Assembly (NCBI GenBank): GCA_002415485.1 | Contig: DHYU01000071.1 | Span: 389-64,388, forward strand | Reading direction: 5' to 3' | DNA from: Proteobacteria bacterium UBA5122 | GTDB taxonomy: Bacteria; Pseudomonadota; Gammaproteobacteria; Tenderiales; Tenderiaceae | DNA length: 64,000 bases | Shown: piece by piece, positions 56,772 through 64,000 of the stretch | Layout: the number at the start of each line of letters is the position of its first letter | How positions within the stretch are numbered: the stretch's first letter is position 1 | The notes under the pieces: model-generated | What the model saw: only the letters and a program-made list of their open reading frames with translations | Told to the model about the DNA's origin: nothing | Database searches by the model: none | Position numbers and translations under genes: made by a program

Positions 56772-57721
56772 CAGCGCGCACTCCCCACGTAGGCCGACAC
56801 CACATCCACCCGGCCATGCCCCAACTCTGAAGAGATGATTTCGCGGGCGGTAAGATCACTCTCCCTCTCCGCGAGGCGTTCACCGCTGATGACCGGGGCA
56901 GGGGAGCCGGTCAGCTGTTCGTAACGCTCACAGGCATAGGCGGCACGCAGATCATGAAAGCCCTTTAATTCATGATCCGGCGCCACCTGCGACCAGGCAT
57001 GGTAGGCGTGGTCACGCCACTGGGCATAGCTGCTCTCAGCCGGGATCAGATTGCGCCCGTCGCCCTGCAACTCGACGGCCCTTTCCAGTGCCATCGTGGC
57101 CGGTTCGCTCACCGGTACCCAGCGATCCACCAGATGGCCCCGACCGCCCTTTGTGCCGTCGGTGATATTCACCGCCCCCTTTTCGGCGACCTGTGCCAAT
57201 GCGGCACGGGCATCGAGCAGCGAGGCCTCGCGAAAGCGCAGCCCCAGCGCCCGAGCCAGTTCGGCCACTGATGCCACTCGATCCTCACCGCGCTCCCGCA
57301 ATTCAGCGGTGGCCCGTTGCAGGCGCTCGCGCTCCATCCCTGCCGGAGCCTCCTGGCGCACACTACTACGCTCCCCCACCAGATCGGAGGGGGAGACACG
57401 CAGCTGCGTATCACCCCGCATGGTCTCCAGGACCACATTGACCGACGACAGCAGGTTCTGTGCGTAACTCACCGCCATCTCACCCGCCTCAACCCGCTGT
57501 TGCAGTGACTCACCGTAGGCGGTGACCAATGCTTCAGTCACCTGGCGCACATCTCGCACCTCCTGATCACGGGCATAGTCGCAGAACTGCTGCCAACGCT
57601 CGCTGTGCGCTGCCTGAGTCCCATAGTGTCCATCACCGTAACGATCCGCCAAGGCATTCTTGCCCGCCCAGGCCATCTGCTTGCCATAACCAAAGTTACG
57701 CTCTCCACCCATCTTGCCCAT
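56771..57721 (-). CDS. Integrase-domain (tyrosine-recombinase-like) protein
   Basis: Candidate catalytic residues in order: LRFREASLL (R), TKGGRGH (K), FHDLRAAYA (HxxR), ELGHGRVDVVSAYV (H, Y). Resembles the Integrase_1-type family as recalled. Confidence 0.55.
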   Translation of the reverse strand: MGKMGGERNFGYGKQMAWAGKNALADRYGDGHYGTQAAHSERWQQFCDYARDQEVRDVRQVTEALVTAYGESLQQRVEAGEMAVSYAQNLLSSVNVVLETMRGDTQLRVSPSDLVGERSSVRQEAPAGMERERLQRATAELRERGEDRVASVAELARALGLRFREASLLDARAALAQVAEKGAVNITDGTKGGRGHLVDRWVPVSEPATMALERAVELQGDGRNLIPAESSYAQWRDHAYHAWSQVAPDHELKGFHDLRAAYACERYEQLTGSPAPVISGERLAERESDLTAREIISSELGHGRVDVVSAYVGSAR

Positions 57722-58374
57722 CTGCTTACCTTCAAGCTGTTAAGTGTTAAACCGGATAGAGCGCCGGTCGCGCTTGGGTCATTCCCCATGACCAGGGGCC
57801 GCACGGCAGCGGCAGGGCAGTTCACTCCCGAAGGCACGGCACCTCTGCACGGTCTGCATTGCACAGATCGCAGGTCAGGTGCTGGCTGTTGCAGGGCCAG
57901 GCCCTGTCGCCGCATTCGGGGGTTTTGCATCGACGCACTGCGCCAGAAAAGCCTTGATTGATAGGACGTTGCGCCAGTTTCCGGACGCCCGTCTCTGTGG
58001 ACGGCTACGCCGCCCAACAAAGACGGGCGCAGCATGACAACTGCAACAGGCACGCAAATAGCCTGGCGCAGTCCACTAAAGGCAGCCATGGTGGCCGGGG
58101 TGAATCAGACTCGAAAGGGAAGTGGAAGAGGGCTCGCAGCCAAACGGCTGAGCACCGCAAAGCGAGCCTGGGCGGTGCAAGGGGCCGATTGCTCGGCAAG
58201 GGAATCTCCAATTGACCGTGGCGATGGCGGGTAGTGCAGAAGATAATTTAGCAGTGAATTATTTCGTTAACTCCTGGAGTAACGCGATCTTTGAGGACAC
58301 TATTGCCCATGAATTTGGAACCTGGCAGCGCCTCAGCCTCCATAAGACTGGGATATTCTGTTAAATCTAACTCT

Positions 58375-59229
58375 CTATTCGTCAGACGGCGGCAACGTCT
58401 TCGTGGTTTTAGCCAATTTCTTCTCTTCTGACTTAACCCGGCGATCCAGTTTCTTAAGATCCTCCTCAGCGGCCAACTTTTCCGGCTGAATACCCCGCTG
58501 ACCTAACATATCGCGCACGCTGACATTATTTTGCACATGCTCATCGGTAATCGCACGCTCCCCCTGCAAATTGGCCTGTTGTACGTTATGGTTGGTCATT
58601 TCCGTGGCTAGATTTTTGGCAGCAATGGTCAGAGTGGGCAGAAAATCAGCCAGTGGGCGGCTTCTAACGATGCCATACCTATCCTTCATCGCCTGGGTAG
58701 TATGCCCACCAAACAGGGCTTGATCCCCCTTGGAGCGGATACGCCCAAAACCAGCATCATCCACCCCCCTCTCATAGATATTCTGTGACAGGGCTTTTTC
58801 CGACTCCTTCAGCCGCTCCCGCGCTTCCATCCGGGCCTGGAGCTGCATGCGATCCTCAATCAGCTCCTGCTTGCGGGTTTGCAGGGCAAAATAGCTTTGG
58901 GCGAAGGCGATTTCAGGCTTGCGAGGGTCACCATTCTGGGCAATCAGGTAGCAGGCGTAGCGGGTGAGCATAAAATCATCAACTGGGCGCTGCCCACCTT
59001 TGCCTACCTCGATCATTTTCGTGACGCCACGAAAATGATCCGAAGCCTTGTGGCCACTGGCCTCGCAGGATTCCATCGCCCGGTTGATCGCAGTCTGAAA
59101 GTTCTCCCAACGTGCATAACCGAGGGGGGCTTGCAGGTCTCGTGCAAACCAGAATTCGATACCCTCGGTGTCCGCTCGTTGTACCGCGGCCTCGAGACTT
59201 TGCTGCAGAGCCTGTAATTGTTTATCCAT
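58375..59229 (-). CDS. dinD: DNA-damage-inducible protein D
   Basis: IEFWFARDLQAPLGYARWENFQTAINRAMESCEASGH...DHF and LTRYACYLIAQNGDPRKPEIAFAQSYFALQTRKQEL run parallel to E. coli DinD. Confidence 0.8.
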   Translation of the reverse strand: MDKQLQALQQSLEAAVQRADTEGIEFWFARDLQAPLGYARWENFQTAINRAMESCEASGHKASDHFRGVTKMIEVGKGGQRPVDDFMLTRYACYLIAQNGDPRKPEIAFAQSYFALQTRKQELIEDRMQLQARMEARERLKESEKALSQNIYERGVDDAGFGRIRSKGDQALFGGHTTQAMKDRYGIVRSRPLADFLPTLTIAAKNLATEMTNHNVQQANLQGERAITDEHVQNNVSVRDMLGQRGIQPEKLAAEEDLKKLDRRVKSEEKKLAKTTKTLPPSDE

Positions 59230-59261
59230 AAATCTTCAATCCTTCGATAAGCCTTTGTAAT

Positions 59262-62200
59262 TTAAGACCTAAGCCCTGAGCCCTTACCCTGCAACACCAC
59301 GGCCCGATACAGCATCTCGATCATGCCTTTCTGAAAATGCTCATCTGAAAAGAAACTACGGTATAAATCCAAATCCTTACGGCGCTCTTTGTTAATTGCT
59401 GACTGCACAATCTTTTCAAAGGCCAGCCGTTGATTCTGACTATCACTATTATCCAGCACTTGGCTCTGAAATGATGGATCTGCCTCGATGTGTTTACGCA
59501 GATTAATCACCTTTACGCGCTTCTCTTCATCAGTCCCTTCCCAGCCAGCAAAGAAGCGATCATTAAACACTCGGATAATCTCATCCAGCGGATCGCGTTC
59601 ATCCTCGCCTCGCTTACCACGTGGTTCTGGGTTCTGCGGATCGACCTCTGTTTCGGAATCATCCAGCCCAATGGTGACATTGAGCTTTACTCGTTCCAAA
59701 CCATAGGTCGATAAATCAACGCTATTGAGCAGCTCATCCAGTTTATCCTGATCGGGGTCTTGCACCTTGAGCTTGGGGATCAAAAACTTCAGGAACCAGT
59801 GCAACATCTCCCATGCAACATTATTAAATGGAATGATGCAGGCAACCTGGGCATAGATCTTAACGAACTGTTTGGCCTTGATCTTGTAATCGATCTTTTC
59901 ATCTTCTTCCAGATCCTTATCGAACCGTTCTACCACCCCGTCAATAATCGGATGCAGCGTATCCGCATCGGCGCTGTTAAAAAACAGCTCATTGAATTGC
60001 TGTACTTCCGACCAATCATAGATACCCACATCATCCAGCGCGTCCTTGAGATCATGCAACACATTCACATCGGTCGGCTGACTTAAAGAGGTAGAAGTAT
60101 AAAAAACATCAAAGGCTGTTTTTATCTCTTCCACAGAATTATGGAAATCCAGCACAAAGGTATCTTTCTTATCCAGCTTGTCATTGCAGCGGTTCAAGCG
60201 CGACAATGTCTGAACCGCCAAAACACCCTGAAGCTTTTTATCCACATACATCGTATGCAACTTGGGCTGATCAAAGCCGGTGAGAAACTTATTCGCCACC
60301 ACCAACAACTTGTAATCATCGCTATCGAATTGCTCTGGAATATCTGCACCAGGAAATCCATTCAGACTGTCTTCTGTATGCTCAACTCCCTTCACCATCT
60401 TCTTGCCGGTAAACGCTACAACCGCCTTAAACGGTGCGTTCACCTCTTGCAGGGCATCACGAATGGCAAAGAAATAATGGATTGCAGATTCGATGTTACG
60501 CGTTACCACCATCGCCTTAGCCTTACCCTTGAGCTTCTTGGCCTGGTAGACCTGCTGCATAAAGTGATCGACCATAATGCGCGCCTTCACTTCGATGGTT
60601 TCCGGGTGCGCTTCGACAAATGCCCGCAGTTTTTTCTGCGCCTTACCGGTTTCAAACTCGGGGTTATCCTCCACCGACTTCTGTAACTCGTAATAACTTT
60701 TATAGGTGGTGTAGTTCGCCAGCACATCGAGGATAAAACCCTCCTCAATGGCCTGCTTCATGGAATAGAGATGAAAGGGATAAAACTTACCGTCGTCAGC
60801 CTGGTGGCCGAACTTCTCCAACGTCGTATTCTTAGGTGTCGCGGTAAAGGCAAAGAATGATGCGTTATCACCTGCACGTCGGGCATCTATGGCCTGGTTG
60901 ATCTGCTCCTGAATATCCTCCGGCTCTTCATCTGCGCTATTGCCACCACCCAGGGCCGACGCCATCGCTCCAGCCAAGCCCGTGCTTTTATCTTGCGAAG
61001 AGTGAGCCTCATCGATGATCACCGCAAACTTGCGATCAGATAGATCCGCAACACCATCCACAATCACCCGAAACTTCTGGATCGTAGTAATGATCAAGCG
61101 CTTGCCGTTCTCCAGCGCCGCTTGCAGTTCCTGTGAGTTATAGGCATGGGCAACGATATTTCTCACCTCAGAGAACGAACGAATATTGTCTTTCAGCTGC
61201 TTATCCAGCACCCGCCTATCCGTCACCACAATCACCGAATCAAAAATGTTTTTTGTACCACTCGGGTCATAGAGCTCGATCAACTGATAAGCCAACCAGG
61301 TAATGGAGTTGGACTTACCCGAGCCTGCGGAATGCTGGATCAAATATTTCTGCCCCGGCCCACTCTGTTTGGCCTGGGCCAACAGGCGACGCACCACCTC
61401 CATCTGGTGATAACGAGGGAAGTACAAGGTCTTCTTCACCTTGCCGGTTTTCTTGTCCTTCTCTTCAGTGAGCTTGGCAAAGTGCTCAATGATATTGGTC
61501 AGGCTCAGGCGCCCCAGCACCTCCTCCCACAGATAGGCCGTTTTATAACCATTGGGGTTCGGTGGATTACCCTTGCCGTGATTATTGCCTTTGTTGAAGG
61601 GCAGGAAATAGGTCTTATTGCCATCCAACTTCGTCGTCATCCACGCCTCATCGGTGTCGACAGCAAAATGGACCAGGCAACGCCCAAACTGAAACAACGG
61701 TTCCTTGGGGTCGCGATCCTTCATGTACTGTTGTTTGGCGTGGTAGGTGGTTTGGCCCGTCCAGGGATTCTTCAGCTCAAAGGTCGCCAGGGCCAGACCA
61801 TTGATAAACAGCACCATATCGACTGACTTATAGGGGTCACTGGCAGAGTAATGAATCTGGCGTGCCAAAGAAAAGATATTGGCATTGAAGTTCACCACCA
61901 CCTCAGGGTTGAGGTCATTGTAGGGTTGGCGATAGAGCAGGGTGAATTGGGCATCATCGATGGCAATGCCCTTCTTCAATACCGAGAGCACACCGTCTTT
62001 TTTGATCTTGCGATCCAGCCGCTCCAGAATCAGCCGCTGCCAGCTGGGGCGATCTCGCAGTTTGTTTAACTCGTCAGCCTGGGTAGATTCGAGGAAACGC
62101 CAAAAGGCCTCTTTATCGATGGCGAATTCAGTATCGAAATTGGCCGGATCAGCAAACTCATAACCCGTTGCCACCCTCACCCCATAGCTGGGCGCATCCG

Positions 62201-62303
62201 GCTCCGCCGCCCGCCGCTCTTCCAGCGAACTGCCGACTAACGCCTTTTCTATATGGGCCTCCAGCGCGGCCTCATTGGTTTGACTGACCATCCCTACCCC
62301 CAA
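59262..62303 (-). CDS. hsdR: Type I restriction endonuclease subunit R
   Basis: N-terminal nuclease region, helicase motif I (QHSAGSGKSNSITW), DEAH box (VIIDEAHSSQ), and motif VI region (LSRLNR). About 1010 aa. Confidence 0.92.
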   Translation of the reverse strand: MGVGMVSQTNEAALEAHIEKALVGSSLEERRAAEPDAPSYGVRVATGYEFADPANFDTEFAIDKEAFWRFLESTQADELNKLRDRPSWQRLILERLDRKIKKDGVLSVLKKGIAIDDAQFTLLYRQPYNDLNPEVVVNFNANIFSLARQIHYSASDPYKSVDMVLFINGLALATFELKNPWTGQTTYHAKQQYMKDRDPKEPLFQFGRCLVHFAVDTDEAWMTTKLDGNKTYFLPFNKGNNHGKGNPPNPNGYKTAYLWEEVLGRLSLTNIIEHFAKLTEEKDKKTGKVKKTLYFPRYHQMEVVRRLLAQAKQSGPGQKYLIQHSAGSGKSNSITWLAYQLIELYDPSGTKNIFDSVIVVTDRRVLDKQLKDNIRSFSEVRNIVAHAYNSQELQAALENGKRLIITTIQKFRVIVDGVADLSDRKFAVIIDEAHSSQDKSTGLAGAMASALGGGNSADEEPEDIQEQINQAIDARRAGDNASFFAFTATPKNTTLEKFGHQADDGKFYPFHLYSMKQAIEEGFILDVLANYTTYKSYYELQKSVEDNPEFETGKAQKKLRAFVEAHPETIEVKARIMVDHFMQQVYQAKKLKGKAKAMVVTRNIESAIHYFFAIRDALQEVNAPFKAVVAFTGKKMVKGVEHTEDSLNGFPGADIPEQFDSDDYKLLVVANKFLTGFDQPKLHTMYVDKKLQGVLAVQTLSRLNRCNDKLDKKDTFVLDFHNSVEEIKTAFDVFYTSTSLSQPTDVNVLHDLKDALDDVGIYDWSEVQQFNELFFNSADADTLHPIIDGVVERFDKDLEEDEKIDYKIKAKQFVKIYAQVACIIPFNNVAWEMLHWFLKFLIPKLKVQDPDQDKLDELLNSVDLSTYGLERVKLNVTIGLDDSETEVDPQNPEPRGKRGEDERDPLDEIIRVFNDRFFAGWEGTDEEKRVKVINLRKHIEADPSFQSQVLDNSDSQNQRLAFEKIVQSAINKERRKDLDLYRSFFSDEHFQKGMIEMLYRAVVLQGKGSGLRS

Positions 62304-62410
62304 ATTGTTGTTATATCCCTCCCATCAGGATGGGCATGTGGCGCCCCAACAGCCATGGAGAGACAAATGGAGACTGTTTCTCAGATCACACTCCACTAGC
62401 CATGGCTAAA

Positions 62411-63442
62411 TCAAAGCCATTGTTGTGTCTGCAAGCGCTCAAAAGCTTTATGAATATGCTTGGGCTGCATCAGTTTGGCCTTACGTGCATTCCAGGCTTG
62501 CACCTTGGCAACGGCGGTATCGCTATCAGTGGCCGCTTCATGGTTTGCCACCCAATGCACCGAGGCCAGCAGCTCCATGCCATAAGGGGTTTCAAACCCC
62601 TCGATCAAGGCCTTAACCTGAGCCAGGCGCGCCGCCGCATCGGCATCTTCCGCCAAAAAGGCATCCGCTTGAGCAACGGCATCCGGCATCAAATGAATCT
62701 GGGCATCTTTGCCACGGCTGCGATCCCCATAACCGCGAATGAAGTGGCCTTCTATCCGCTGCAACACATGGTTCAGATTTTCCGCGTAAGGGCCAAAAAT
62801 GTGCTTCTTATACCCCAAGCGCAGCTCCTCCCCCGCCTCCTGCAGGAAGTAACCCAATTTTTGAACCTCCAACAGACTCAGGCGATACCCCGGCAGGCTG
62901 TATTGCTCGATCAGCTTGATAAACAGCGCCCGCGCCCGCGTCATCGCAGGTGCCTTGGTGGCGACAGGCATGGCATCCACTGCCGGAGCAGGCTGGGGGC
63001 CATAAACAAAGGCCTCTACCTCTGGCAGTTGCTCGAAGGCCTGCTCAATCAATGGCTGTACATCAGCCCAATCCAGCCCGCCATTGCCGCAGCCCAGCGG
63101 AGGAATAGCGATAGATTTGATCTGCTTTTCACGAATCACGCGCACCAGATCCACCAGGCCCTGCTCAACATGCTCAAGGCGGGATTTGGCCTTCCAATGG
63201 GTTTTGGTCGGAAAATTAATGATGAACCGGGGGTTTACCAGATCCCGCCGCTCAAACACAAACATACGTCCGGGCTGAACCTCGGCGGCGTTGCACGCCT
63301 TGGCATACACAGCGAAATTTTCAGGAAAGGCCTGTTTAAACTGCAAGGCAATGCCCTTGCCCATCACCCCAACACAGTTCACTGTATTGATGATGGCCTC
63401 AACATTCGCCTCTAATAGATTGCCTTTGGAATAGTGAATCAT
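62411..63442 (-). CDS. darG: DarG antitoxin (N-terminal macrodomain plus C-terminal DarT-binding domain)
   Basis: Macrodomain GNLLEANVEAIINTVNCVGVMGKGIALQFK...IAIPPLGCGNGGL. Lies 3 nt downstream of the DUF4433 gene. Confidence 0.85.
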   Translation of the reverse strand: MIHYSKGNLLEANVEAIINTVNCVGVMGKGIALQFKQAFPENFAVYAKACNAAEVQPGRMFVFERRDLVNPRFIINFPTKTHWKAKSRLEHVEQGLVDLVRVIREKQIKSIAIPPLGCGNGGLDWADVQPLIEQAFEQLPEVEAFVYGPQPAPAVDAMPVATKAPAMTRARALFIKLIEQYSLPGYRLSLLEVQKLGYFLQEAGEELRLGYKKHIFGPYAENLNHVLQRIEGHFIRGYGDRSRGKDAQIHLMPDAVAQADAFLAEDADAAARLAQVKALIEGFETPYGMELLASVHWVANHEAATDSDTAVAKVQAWNARKAKLMQPKHIHKAFERLQTQQWL

Positions 63443-63445
63443 CGT

Positions 63446-64000
63446 TTAATAATACCAGCGAGGTAGCACTTTTACCTTAACTTCATGAGTCAACCCGCTC
63501 GCCACCAGGGCCGCCTCAACCTTAATCTTAGTCGCCTCCGTTTTGACCCCAATACCCACCATCATCCCCCACGGTGCCATTTCGTAAATCAAGAACTCGG
63601 CCTGACGCCGCCGCGAACGATCCGGGTCATCATCATTGGCAAACCAATACCTCGCAACCAACACATCCCAGTCCACCTCATCCAGATGAGAAAGGTCATC
63701 ATAAAAATCCGTAAAATCCCGTGTCGCGTGGCCATCGGTAAAGACAAACGGCAACCCCATCTCCGTCACCTTGGCCGCAGTGCTCACCAGATAGATCACC
63801 GGCTCCTGCCCCTGTTCATACCCTGCCACACTTCCTTTATGAATGGCATACAGCATCGGTGATTTACGCCCCAGATAAAACGGCGCGTAATCATGCAGAC
63901 ACCCACCGGGGCCGCACGGCACCGGCTTGGTATGACGGCGCGCTTGAATCGTCTCATGGGAGATATCGATATAACTTCCCGGCGGCACCCGATTATTCGC
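63446..64000 (-). CDS. darT: DarT DNA ADP-ribosyltransferase toxin (DUF4433), N-terminus outside window
   Basis: GGCLHDYAPFYLGRKSPMLYAI, LPFVFTDGHA, RRQAEFLIYE and terminal LPRWYY parallel Thermus/Mycobacterium DarT as recalled. The frame stays open to the window edge, so the track's start at 63988 (a GTG codon) is not the real start. Confidence 0.85.
   Translation of the reverse strand, partial: ANNRVPPGSYIDISHETIQARRHTKPVPCGPGGCLHDYAPFYLGRKSPMLYAIHKGSVAGYEQGQEPVIYLVSTAAKVTEMGLPFVFTDGHATRDFTDFYDDLSHLDEVDWDVLVARYWFANDDDPDRSRRRQAEFLIYEMAPWGMMVGIGVKTEATKIKVEAALVASGLTHEVKVKVLPRWYY

Larger units (their letters stand above)
54709..64000. mobile_element. tRNA-Arg-associated genomic island (left end; continues past window)
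   Basis: Begins exactly where tRNA homology stops. Contains plasmid-type replication, recombinase and defence genes. Confidence 0.7.

Noticed and set aside
57538-58089. 183-aa minus-strand ORF and overlapping plus-strand ORFs in the island spacer.
   Set aside because: The ORF overlaps the integrase-like gene's 5' end. Its composition is Arg/Ala/Pro-biased with no motif and no RBS. I treated the stretch as non-coding and reported it as an unexplained region instead.

Overview
GC-rich proteobacterial chromosome segment (gene content looks gammaproteobacterial) with about 75 protein genes. Most of it is core or housekeeping: tex, arfB, a TonB-dependent receptor, pirin/azoR/LysR, two GT2 glycosyltransferases, fbp, lgt-thyA-folA, yhcB, ppnN, a phosphohexomutase, a NaChBac-type sodium channel, an S8 protease, tamA-tamB, SulP, yejK and a COG0523 GTPase. 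Three accessory insertions are visible in the sequence. (1) 16.3-20.8 kb is a chromosomal integron: intI with a LexA box, attI, and five AT-richer cassettes on the minus strand separated by attC palindromes, abutting folA. (2) 46.4-48.4 kb is a low-GC islet with an XRE-HTH/ImmA-IrrE fusion gene and a decayed PIN-domain gene. (3) From 54.7 kb to the window end is a genomic island that starts at a 3' remnant of tRNA-Arg(CCG). It carries an HTH gene, RepA with five iterons and DnaA boxes, an integrase-like gene, 0.65 kb of unexplained non-coding DNA, dinD, type I restriction subunit hsdR, and a DarT/DarG ADP-ribosyltransferase/macrodomain pair that runs off the window. A promoter-to-terminator unit at 38.2-38.4 kb looks like an unannotated small RNA or leader. 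The best candidates for something new are the orphan integron cassettes and the hsdR-darTG-dinD cluster. I saw no rRNA, no CRISPR array and no intact tRNA. All family assignments rest on motifs recalled from memory and on reading the sequence; no database search or folding program was run.
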